From a virus, in UHGV virus genome UHGV-0254580: 13,064 nt of DNA; one strand, 5' to 3'. The first letter of the stretch is position 1; every line of letters starts with the position of its first letter. The notes beneath the pieces are model-generated. The model was not told the origin of the DNA. It saw only the letters and a list, made by a program, of their open reading frames with translations, and did no database searches. Positions 6,360 through 12,938 of this stretch are shown piece after piece. Both the position numbers and the translations under genes were made by a program.

Positions 6360-8240
6360 TTAATACTCCGTCACGTTTTCCTGTCGCCACGCCTCGTCAT
6401 ATTCCGATTTCGGCATATTGGCGATGTAGCTATATGGCGATCCTGATTCAAGTTGCAGGAACTGGTGCGATTGCTCGTCAAGGAACAACGGGACACCACC
6501 TTCCCAACCTTCGCCGTTACGTTGTTTTTCAAGCATCAAAACAGATGCCGGAGATGCCAGTAGCTGTTCGTCCTTCTCTGACATCTTTTCACCACTCTGA
6601 ACTCTCTGTAACGCTCTCTCGCGAGCCTTGTTACGCCAGATGATGAAAAGGTTGTCTGTCAGGTCTGTTATCGCTCCAGAGCCTTTTACGTCCATTTTCC
6701 CGGTTGGTTTTTCTTCGCTGTCACCTTTTCGCGAGTGAGTAACGAGAATGACGTGGGAGTTTGTTTTGTTTTTGAAATCGCAAATCGAGTCAACAAACGC
6801 CTTCTGCCCGTTATAGTCATCGTCGCCTATGCCACATTTCATCAGGCTGTCGATGATGAATAACTGGATGCCGTATCGGCGGCGAGCGTAGTCGAATATT
6901 TCGATCAGCCTGTCGGCTTTCGCCGTTCCGGTCAGGCCAAACACCCAAAGTCTTTCGTCATAAAATTTAAATGCAGAGTCAATTTCCAGCACTGGCGGCA
7001 TCTTGCAGCACGTCGCCTGACGGGTAAGTCGCTTAAGGAGAATGCCTGGCTTCAGCTCAAGTGACGCGATGCACGTCTTCACACCCTGACGCATTGCCTC
7101 AAGTGCCATATGCCCGACAACCTCCGTTTTTCCGTGACCGTTCACACCATTGACCAGCGTCAACTCTGCCTCACGAAACTGGAATTTATCTGCCAGAGAT
7201 TCCCACGGTGGATTAAACAGATACTGCTGCTTGCCGTAGAAAGCGTTGATAGTGTCCTGGTAAAACTCTCGCGCGCTGTAGAGTTCTTCAGGATCGAAGT
7301 AGGATGCCGTGCCAATGTACTGCCAGATTTCATCCTCGGTAACACCGTTCATCAGGCATTCGTTGATGTCTTTGTACGGCAGAGTAACAAGACGGCAACG
7401 ATGTTCACCGAGTCGACTTGCGATTTCCCTTGCGGCTTCACGACCAACATCATCAACGTCCATCGAGATGAATATTTCCTCAAACCTGTCGAGGTTGTGA
7501 TACTCAAACTCAATCCACTGCTGCTTAGCGCCTTTCCCGCCACCAAACGGCACGGATAACGCCGAGATGCCGTATTGCGCATAGCTCATACAATCAATTT
7601 CGCCTTCGCAAAGTACAACCGCCCTCACGCCAGCGTCCAGAGCCTGCCATCCGAACAGACAAGGTTCGCAATCACCTTCTGCCATAATGACTTTCTTCCC
7701 GTCCGGGCGCTCAGTGCTGATTCGCTTGACCTGCAACAACTCACCATCGCGTTTGTACGGAATCACCAGAGCATCCAGTTCCCGCTCTCCATTCCACACC
7801 TTGCCGCTGACAACCTCGTAGCGCTTTACGATTTCTGGCGATATGCCACGCGATTGCAGGTACTCAAGATGGGATTCTGTTCTGGTAACGTAGCGGGCGA
7901 TTTTCTTGCGATCAGGTCTGGAGAATTTCTTCTCACGTTTGGCATCGAAATGGTGATCGTCATCCTTGATACCGAGAAATGCTTTCGCTTCCTGCATAGC
8001 CTGATGCAGATTAATTCCACGACATGACATCCACAAATCAAGCATGTCACCGCCGTCTCCCTCAGCGAAATCAGCCCATTTTTTCTTGCCGCTAAGGTTG
8101 ACCTTAAGGCTGTTTCCCTTGTCACCGTTGACGTTACCGGCAACCCACTCATGCCCCTCTTTCTTGCCGTTTGGCAACAGGTGCGGAGCCACCCTGTCAA
8201 CCTGCGCCCAAAGCAGGTCGCTAAGTTCACTTGGTGTCAT
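6360..8240 (-). CDS. Bifunctional replicative DNA primase/helicase (Toprim primase domain + RecA-fold SF4-like helicase)
   Basis: 626 aa. Toprim-like acidic motifs (VVLCEGEIDCMSY; ISMDVDDVGREAA) in the middle; C-terminal Walker A GVNGHGKTEV and Walker B-like LFIIDSLMKC. Occupies the position of lambda P, downstream of the O-like gene. Confidence 0.8.
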   Translation of the reverse strand: MTPSELSDLLWAQVDRVAPHLLPNGKKEGHEWVAGNVNGDKGNSLKVNLSGKKKWADFAEGDGGDMLDLWMSCRGINLHQAMQEAKAFLGIKDDDHHFDAKREKKFSRPDRKKIARYVTRTESHLEYLQSRGISPEIVKRYEVVSGKVWNGERELDALVIPYKRDGELLQVKRISTERPDGKKVIMAEGDCEPCLFGWQALDAGVRAVVLCEGEIDCMSYAQYGISALSVPFGGGKGAKQQWIEFEYHNLDRFEEIFISMDVDDVGREAAREIASRLGEHRCRLVTLPYKDINECLMNGVTEDEIWQYIGTASYFDPEELYSAREFYQDTINAFYGKQQYLFNPPWESLADKFQFREAELTLVNGVNGHGKTEVVGHMALEAMRQGVKTCIASLELKPGILLKRLTRQATCCKMPPVLEIDSAFKFYDERLWVFGLTGTAKADRLIEIFDYARRRYGIQLFIIDSLMKCGIGDDDYNGQKAFVDSICDFKNKTNSHVILVTHSRKGDSEEKPTGKMDVKGSGAITDLTDNLFIIWRNKARERALQRVQSGEKMSEKDEQLLASPASVLMLEKQRNGEGWEGGVPLFLDEQSHQFLQLESGSPYSYIANMPKSEYDEAWRQENVTEY

Positions 8241-8344
8241 GATTCCCTCAGATTGAGATTTTTAAACCAGAAATCGACAAACGAAATACTTAACCAGCCG
8301 TGGTTATAACCAGCGACCAGTAGCGATTTGATTTTTGATTTCAT
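8237..8344 (-). CDS. Possible 35-aa coupled ORF filling the O / primase-helicase intergenic gap
   Basis: ATG 3 nt after the O stop, preceded by AGGTGA; translation MKSKIKSLLVAGYNHGWLSISFVDFWFKNLNLRES; its TGA overlaps the primase-helicase ATG (ATGA). Short SD spacing; unverified. Confidence 0.3.
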   Translation of the reverse strand: MKSKIKSLLVAGYNHGWLSISFVDFWFKNLNLRES

Positions 8345-8347
8345 GGT

Positions 8348-9208
8348 TCACCTGTCGAAAAACACGTAGCCAGTTTTCGATACGGTGATTGCGGATGATG
8401 GTTTGGATTGTGGTTGAATGGTTTCTGGCTTTTCGTCGTTCCAGCGCTGACCGTTCAGGTAGCTCGATGGTAACAACCTGTCGAATCCGAACTGCTTACC
8501 ATTCCTGCATGCGATGTCTTCTGCCAGCATCGTGGCAAACTCGCTTGCTGTACCCCTTGTAGTTTTACGCCATTCCCTGAACTGTGTTCTGAATGCCGAA
8601 GCCGCGTTTTTCTTCCCGGCTTTCCGCATGCCTGCACACCAGAATATTTCCTCGAATGCCTTGTCGGTTTCTTCGTGACGGTCAGATGATTTTTCACACT
8701 CCGTCCGAACACTTTCGGACATAGTGTTTTTATTATTTCTTTTTTCTTTTGTAATAGTTTCTTTTGTGTGTCCCTGTTTTGGTGACAGCGCTGTCACCGT
8801 TTTGGTGACACTTTTTGTCACCAATGCAGTGACATTATCACCAGAGTAGTGACACCCTTCGATTTGCCATTCTTCGATGTTCTTGTTAGGCCCAATTTGC
8901 TGGCCTTCGCGAAGGATAACCTTCATCGCGATAAGCTCATTCTTGGCCTTGTTTACCTTCTGTCTTGGCAGCCTGGTAATTTGAGCTAACTGACTATCAG
9001 AGATGCGATCCATCTTTTTACCGTAGCCGTATGTTTTACGGCATATGGCGTGGGCAACCTTGCTCTGATTTTTCGTTAAATCTGCGCCGATAAGCTCTTC
9101 ATACAGGGCATTTGCAAGACGGGTATAACCATCTTCAACTTCTGCCACACGACGCTCCACAGGCCGTTGTGAAGGCCTTAAATGTGTTACGGTTGCAAGA
9201 TTACTCAT
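8348..9208 (-). CDS. O: Replication initiator, lambda O-like N-terminal origin-binding domain with divergent C-terminal domain
   Basis: N-terminal region [56 protein letters not shown]...GPNKNIEEW parallels recalled lambda O (DGYARLSNMLLEAYSGADLTKRQFKVLLAILRKTYGWNKPMDRITDSQLSEITKLP...GPNKNISEW). Iterons lie inside the gene, as for lambda ori. Confidence 0.85.
   Translation of the reverse strand: MSNLATVTHLRPSQRPVERRVAEVEDGYTRLANALYEELIGADLTKNQSKVAHAICRKTYGYGKKMDRISDSQLAQITRLPRQKVNKAKNELIAMKVILREGQQIGPNKNIEEWQIEGCHYSGDNVTALVTKSVTKTVTALSPKQGHTKETITKEKRNNKNTMSESVRTECEKSSDRHEETDKAFEEIFWCAGMRKAGKKNAASAFRTQFREWRKTTRGTASEFATMLAEDIACRNGKQFGFDRLLPSSYLNGQRWNDEKPETIQPQSKPSSAITVSKTGYVFFDR
8720..8856. 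repeat. Putative origin of replication: iteron array (GTGACA/TGTCAC-based, about 23-bp period) plus adjacent AT-rich tract inside the O-like gene
   Basis: 18-bp perfect palindrome GGTGACAGCGCTGTCACC (8781-8798), GGTGACACTTTTTGTCACC (8804-8822), then GTGACATTATCACC and AGTGACAC; immediately adjacent AT-rich tract 8720-8765. Confidence 0.6.
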
Positions 9209-9347
9209 GACCTTTCTCCTTCTGCATCAGCTTCACTTTTTCCAACTCAGCCCGGAATCGACCAGGCTGCTTGAAGCTGGACAGGAAGCGATCACGTAGT
9301 ATGTGTTTGTGAATTTTGTCCTGGTAAGGACTGAGTTGTTTTGTCAT
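9201..9347 (-). CDS. Possible 48-aa basic protein between cII and O (translationally coupled to O)
   Basis: Not in the ORF track. AGGAG 7 nt upstream of the ATG; translation [48 protein letters not shown]; its TAA lies within the first codons of O (ATGAGTAA). Confidence 0.4.
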   Translation of the reverse strand: MTKQLSPYQDKIHKHILRDRFLSSFKQPGRFRAELEKVKLMQKEKGHE

Positions 9348-9356
9348 AATGACTCC

Positions 9357-9425
9357 TGTGGATTGATCCAGTCTTTCTACATCAGGCCTCGAAGAATTCG
9401 CCGTTCTTCGGGGCTTTTTCTTTTG
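9357..9425 (+). ncRNA. Candidate oop-like antisense RNA with intrinsic terminator overlapping the cII 3' end
   Basis: Plus-strand hairpin CGAAGAA-TTCGCCG-TTCTTCG followed by GGGCTTTTTCTTTT at about 9399-9432, antisense to the cII C-terminus; a CATAAT -10-like hexamer at 9345-9350. Positional analogue of lambda oop; extent approximate. Confidence 0.35.
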
Positions 9426-9663
9426 TCAGGTAATTGGCAAGCCGCTTAGTCAGCTCAGCCATTTCATCGTCTTCGATTCCGTATTCCAGAACAGCCAGCA
9501 TCATGCTTACCTGCGAGAAGAAACCATTCTTCCATCGGCTTACCTGATATTCAGGAACCCCCATTGCTCGAGCGAATGTCTTCTGCCCCATCAGTGCCAG
9601 TTTGTTCAGCAAGGCTGACTCGATGCGAGCCGCTTTCTTGCTTTTAGTTGCAATAGTACTCAT
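9382..9663 (-). CDS. cII: cII-like transcriptional activator
   Basis: 93-aa protein ...[64 protein letters not shown]... parallels recalled lambda cII (...[60 protein letters not shown]...). Confidence 0.85.
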   Translation of the reverse strand: MSTIATKSKKAARIESALLNKLALMGQKTFARAMGVPEYQVSRWKNGFFSQVSMMLAVLEYGIEDDEMAELTKRLANYLTKEKAPKNGEFFEA

Positions 9664-9739
9664 AGATAATTTCCTTAATGATTAGATAGAGTTGGCTTCG
9701 CAAAGAAACGCAAAACCATAGAGATTTGTTTCTGGTAAT

Positions 9740-9771
9740 GCCCTTTTTCAGGGCGGGGATGTGTAAGAGCG
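9740..9771 (-). promoter_or_regulatory. nutR-like N-utilisation site (boxA CGCTCTTAC... and boxB GCCCTGAAAAAGGGC hairpin)
   Basis: Minus strand reads CGCTCTTACACATCCCCGCCCTGAAAAAGGGC between cro and cII; the boxB stem-loop GCCCT-GAAAAA-GGGC matches the lambda nutR type. Confidence 0.7.
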
Positions 9772-9779
9772 TTAATAAC

Positions 9780-10010
9780 TTAAGCGGCCATTAATTCAGG
9801 CCAGATGCTTTCCCAATCAACCGGATGAAGGTCTTTGCGAGTCACTTCACCATTGCTGAACTTCTCAATCAGAACACAAAGTGCTGCGCCCAATTCATGA
9901 TTACGGCTAAGTGCTTTCCTCAAATAGCCGATAGAAGTTCCGCACTTGGTGGCAAATTCTCTCTGCTCTTCCAGTGAAAGGGAGTTCAGATACAAGCGGA
10001 GTTCTTCCAT
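9780..10010 (-). CDS. cro: Cro-like HTH repressor (76 aa), first gene of the rightward early operon
   Basis: Divergent from cI across the operator region; RBS GGAAGGAG upstream of the ATG; HTH-like segment QREFATKCGTSIGYLRKAL. Assignment is positional plus HTH. Confidence 0.65.
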   Translation of the reverse strand: MEELRLYLNSLSLEEQREFATKCGTSIGYLRKALSRNHELGAALCVLIEKFSNGEVTRKDLHPVDWESIWPELMAA

Positions 10011-10118
10011 TTGCTATCTCCTTCCCGTTGTTGAATAAGATGAGTTTACCTGTAGGTAAAAATCAAATAAATACCCATAGGTTATTTACCGGCAGGTAAT
10101 CAAAGATAGAATTAAATC
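10011..10118. promoter_or_regulatory. OR-like divergent control region (PR/PRM) with three TACCnnnnGGTA-type operators
   Basis: Operator cores TACCTGTAGGTA (10047-10058), TACCCATAGGTT (10072-10083, imperfect) and TACCGGCAGGTA (10087-10098). Candidate PRM -10 TAGAAT (10107-10112) ends about 6 nt before the cI ATG with no SD, suggesting a leaderless cI mRNA as in lambda. Confidence 0.7.
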
Positions 10119-10805
10119 ATGGATAAATACGAACAAAGACGACTAAGGCTGATAGAGATAAGAGACCGATTCTGTAATGGAAAGGCCTCAGAGTTGGCTC
10201 GTCGAATAGAAAGGGAACCATCATACGTTTCCAGAATGCTGTATCCGGAAGGAAAAAGCGGAAAAAAACGCATTGCTGACGATATGATGGAACTAATTGA
10301 AAAATCTTTTAATCTCCCACGCGGATGGATGGACATGCTTGCAGATGGTAAAGCTGGAGCTACAGACCATCTTGAGTTTGCGGGTAACGTTCGTGCGGGT
10401 TTTGTTCCGGTAATTGGTGAAGCCGTTTTGGGAGTTGATGGCTCAGTGGATATGATTGAATTCAGATCCGGTTGGTTAAGCATCTACAGCGGCGATAACG
10501 ATGCTTACGGTCTGAAGGTTAAGGGTGACAGCATGTGGCCAAGGATTCAGTCAGGAGAATATGTTGTTATTGAACCAAATACGCCAGTACATCCAGGTGA
10601 TGAAGTCTTTGTAAGGACCAAAGACGGTCACAACATGATAAAGATCATGAACAAAACAAGAGACGGTGATTATCAGTTTAGTAGCATAAACAGTGATCAC
10701 CGCCCAATCACTCTTCCTGTTGAAGAAGTTGATAAAATGCATTTTGTTTCAGCTATTGTGAAACACACCAGGTACGTAGACCAGGACGATCTGCCAAAAG
10801 TTTGA
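10119..10805 (+). CDS. cI: cI repressor (N-terminal HTH, C-terminal LexA/S24-peptidase autocleavage domain)
   Basis: 228-aa protein with HTH-like ELARRIEREPSYVSRML and C-terminal S24 features (GDSMWP Ser motif, downstream Lys); divergent from cro across palindromic operators. Not lambda cI by sequence. Confidence 0.9.
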   Translation: MDKYEQRRLRLIEIRDRFCNGKASELARRIEREPSYVSRMLYPEGKSGKKRIADDMMELIEKSFNLPRGWMDMLADGKAGATDHLEFAGNVRAGFVPVIGEAVLGVDGSVDMIEFRSGWLSIYSGDNDAYGLKVKGDSMWPRIQSGEYVVIEPNTPVHPGDEVFVRTKDGHNMIKIMNKTRDGDYQFSSINSDHRPITLPVEEVDKMHFVSAIVKHTRYVDQDDLPKV

Positions 10806-10819
10806 GGATAAAGCAGCAA

Positions 10820-11116
10820 GTGTTTATACCCGGCATAGTAGTCGCTGTTGTAATCATCTGCTTCATATGGGCAAAGTTATCTCCTGTAAGCTCTAAGCAT
10901 ACAGCTGAACTCATGAAGAAGAAGCATCTTATACATGAGGCAGAATCGATAATTAAAAAGTTCAAAGGCATGTCATACGACGACATGTCATCAGAGCAGA
11001 TTGCTATGTATAAATGCGCCATTGAGCGTCTTGACTACTTAAACGGACTCAAACCCAAACACACCCCAGTAGAATCAAAATTGCCGCAATGGCCAAGCAA
11101 TCCAAATAGCTTCTGA
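10820..11116 (+). CDS. Small membrane-anchored protein co-transcribed with cI (rex-position accessory gene); alternative TTG start at 10802
   Basis: Track ORF 10802..11116 starts at a TTG overlapping the cI stop; a GTG at 10820 has GAGGA about 11 nt upstream. N-terminal TM helix (FIPGIVVAVVIICFIWAKL) then a charged soluble domain; followed by a terminator. Confidence 0.6.
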   Translation: MFIPGIVVAVVIICFIWAKLSPVSSKHTAELMKKKHLIHEAESIIKKFKGMSYDDMSSEQIAMYKCAIERLDYLNGLKPKHTPVESKLPQWPSNPNSF

Positions 11117-11127
11117 CATCTCCTTTC

Positions 11128-11150
11128 AGCCCGCAAAGCGGGCTTTTTTA
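11128..11150 (+). terminator. Intrinsic terminator ending the cI operon
   Basis: AGCCCGC-AAA-GCGGGCT followed by TTTTTTA, 11 bp after the stop of the membrane-protein ORF. Confidence 0.65.
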
Positions 11151-11168
11151 TATCAATCCAAAAAATTA

Positions 11169-11253
11169 ATTACCTGAAAATTCAAGCAGGTAAACTCTTA
11201 CATCAATTTTATTTACCTGCAGGTATAGACAACTGTTTTACCTGTAGGTATAT
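11169..11253 (+). promoter_or_regulatory. OL/PL-like region: operators (TACCTGCAGGTA and TACCTGTAGGTA) overlapping a leftward-type promoter driving N
   Basis: Perfect palindrome TACCTGCAGGTA (11213-11224) and TACCTGTAGGTA (11238-11249), 25 bp apart; split palindrome TTACCTG-N10-CAGGTAA (11169-11192). Candidate -35 TAGACA (11225-11230), 17-bp spacer, -10 TATATT (11248-11253). Confidence 0.7.
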
Positions 11254-11295
11254 TTTAGGCCATCAGCAGGACGCACTGACCACCATGAAGGTGAT

Positions 11296-11326
11296 GCTCT
11301 TAAAAATTAAGCCCTGAAGAAGGGCA
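11296..11326 (+). promoter_or_regulatory. nutL-like site (boxA TGCTCTTAA, boxB GCCCTGAAGAAGGGC)
   Basis: Reads GATGCTCTTAAAAATTAAGCCCTGAAGAAGGGC between PL and N; boxB hairpin GCCCT-GAAGAA-GGGC as recalled for lambda nutL. Confidence 0.75.
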
Positions 11327-11482
11327 GCATTCAAAGCAGAAGGCTTTGGTGTGTGTGATACGAAACGAAGCATTGGCCGGAAGTGCGAATCCGGATTAGC
11401 TGTCAATGTGCCATTGCTGGGTGTTTTCGTTCAGGACTACGACTCCCACACACAACCAAAGCTAACTGACAGGAGAATCCAG

Positions 11483-11806
11483 ATGGATGCACAAACACGC
11501 CGCCGCGAACGTCGCGCAGAGAAACAGGCTCAATGGAAAGCAGCAAATCCCCTGTTGGTTGGGGTAAGCGCAAAACCAGTTAACCGCCCTATTCTCTCGC
11601 TGAATCGCAAACCGAAATCACGAGTAGAAAGCGCACTAAATCCGATAGACCTTACAGTGCTGGCTGAATACCACAAACAGATTGAAAGCAACCTGCAACG
11701 TATTGAGCGCAAGAATCAGCGCACATGGTACAGCAAGCCTGGCGAACGCGGCATAACATGCAGTGGACGCCAGAAAATTAAGGGAAAATCGATTCCTCTT
11801 ACTTAG
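11483..11806 (+). CDS. N: Antitermination protein N (lambda-type)
   Basis: 107-aa product MDAQTRRRERRAEKQAQWKAANPLLVGVSAKPVNRPILSLNRKPKSRVESALNPIDLTVLAEYHKQIESNLQRIERKNQRTWYSKPGERGITCSGRQKIKGKSIPLT from the internal ATG of track ORF 11351..11806, preceded by AGGAGA; matches recalled lambda N including the Arg-rich boxB-binding N-terminus. Confidence 0.9.
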   Translation: MDAQTRRRERRAEKQAQWKAANPLLVGVSAKPVNRPILSLNRKPKSRVESALNPIDLTVLAEYHKQIESNLQRIERKNQRTWYSKPGERGITCSGRQKIKGKSIPLT

Positions 11807-12361
11807 TTACTTAGATATTGGCCTTGGCTTTATCTCAATATTATATGGATCATAGCTGGCAACTAATTCAGTCCAGTAAATATCCTCAATAGGGAATAAT
11901 ATATGCTTCCCGTTCCATCGGGAAAAAGTTTTGTTCAACACACCAAGCTCAATCAACTCACTAATGTATGGGAATTGTTTTGATGTAACCACATACTTCC
12001 TGCCTTCATTAAGGGCTGCGCACAAAACCATAGATTGCTCTTCTGTAAGGTTTTGAATTACTGATCGCACTTTATCGTTTTGCATCTTAATGCGTTTTCT
12101 TAGCTTAAATCGCTTATATCTGGCGCTGGCAATAGCTGATAATCGATGCACATTAATTGCTAGCGAAAATGCAAGAGCAAAGACGAAAACATGCCACACA
12201 TGAGGAATACCGATTCTCTCATTAACATATTCAGGCCAGTTATCTGGGCTTAAAAGCAGAAGTCCAACCCAGATAACGATCATATACATGGTTCTCTCCA
12301 GAGGTTCATTACTGAACACTCGTCCGAGAATAACGAGTGGATCCATTTCTATACTCATCAA
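11807..12361 (-). CDS. sieB: Superinfection exclusion protein B (SieB), lambda-type
   Basis: 184-aa membrane protein abutting the N stop on the opposite strand; length, position and polarity match recalled lambda sieB; hydrophobic N-terminal segments. Confidence 0.8.
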   Translation of the reverse strand: MMSIEMDPLVILGRVFSNEPLERTMYMIVIWVGLLLLSPDNWPEYVNERIGIPHVWHVFVFALAFSLAINVHRLSAIASARYKRFKLRKRIKMQNDKVRSVIQNLTEEQSMVLCAALNEGRKYVVTSKQFPYISELIELGVLNKTFSRWNGKHILFPIEDIYWTELVASYDPYNIEIKPRPISK

Positions 12362-12485
12362 ACTGTAGGGGTTGTAATAGTTTATCCGATTTCTCGCTGT
12401 AGGGGTACACGAGAACCACCGAGCCTGATGTGGTTAAAAGACAGGCACAATCTTTACTACCGCTATCCACTATTTAAGGTGATAT

Positions 12486-12572
12486 ATGGAAGAAGAATTT
12501 GAAGAGTTCGAAGAGCATCCTCAGGATGTGATGGAACAATACCAGGACTATCCGTATGACTACGACTATTGA
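12486..12572 (+). CDS. Small acidic ORF (28 aa; lambda orf28-like) overlapping the ral start by 17 nt
   Basis: MEEEFEEFEEHPQDVMEQYQDYPYDYDY; position 124 bp from the sieB start and 17-nt overlap with ral match the recalled lambda arrangement. Expression unverified. Confidence 0.4.
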   Translation: MEEEFEEFEEHPQDVMEQYQDYPYDYDY

Positions 12573-12756
12573 TAAAAATCAATGGTGTGGACAATTCAAG
12601 CGATGCAATGGATGCAAGCTGCAATCGGAATACATGGTTAAGCCTGAAGAAATGTTTCCTGTAATGGAAGATGGGAAATATGTCGATAAATGGGCAATAC
12701 GAACGACGGCAATGATTGCCAGAGAACTTGGTAAACAGAACAACAAAGCTGCCTGA
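12556..12756 (+). CDS. ral: Restriction alleviation protein Ral (lambda-type)
   Basis: 66-aa ORF MTTTIDKNQWCGQFKRCNGCKLQSEYMVKPEEMFPVMEDGKYVDKWAIRTTAMIARELGKQNNKAA; size and position (N, sieB, orf28, ral, ea10) as in lambda. Confidence 0.8.
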   Translation: MTTTIDKNQWCGQFKRCNGCKLQSEYMVKPEEMFPVMEDGKYVDKWAIRTTAMIARELGKQNNKAA

Positions 12757-12893
12757 TAGTGACCTTTATTTTTGGCATAAATAACAGAATAAACACTGCA
12801 CTGTGTATTCATTCCAACGAGTGAATACACGGAGCAATGTCGCTCGTAACTAAACAGGAGCCGACTTGTTCTGATTATTGGAAATCTTCTTTG

Positions 12894-12920
12894 CCCTCCA
12901 GTGTGAGGGAGATTTTTTAT
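12894..12920 (+). terminator. Candidate weak intrinsic terminator between ral and ea10
   Basis: CCCTC-CAGTGT-GAGGG hairpin followed by AGATTTTTTAT on the PL-transcribed strand. Confidence 0.35.
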
Positions 12921-12938
12921 CTATGAGGATATGAATAG

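Noticed and set aside
6278-8256. ORFs on both strands overlapping the primase-helicase gene (6278..6643, 7110..7559, 7160..7345, 7309..7500, 7352..7582, 7575..8027, 7826..8230, 8044..8256)
   Set aside because: Embedded in a 626-aa ORF with Toprim and Walker motifs; typical shadow ORFs of a long gene.
8455-8712. 85-aa minus-strand ORF inside the O-like gene
   Set aside because: Alternative frame of the O-like coding sequence.
10112-11022. Minus-strand ORFs 10112..10483, 10551..10742 and 10753..11022
   Set aside because: Antisense to cI and the downstream membrane-protein gene.
11351-11482. 44-codon N-terminal extension of the N ORF in the six-frame track
   Set aside because: It would be translated through nutL boxA/boxB; the internal ATG at 11483 has a proper SD and gives the canonical 107-aa N.
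11530-11712. 60-aa minus-strand ORF inside N
   Set aside because: Antisense to N.
12579-12830. 83-aa minus-strand ORF overlapping ral
   Set aside because: Antisense to ral; the lambda-type arrangement has no such gene.
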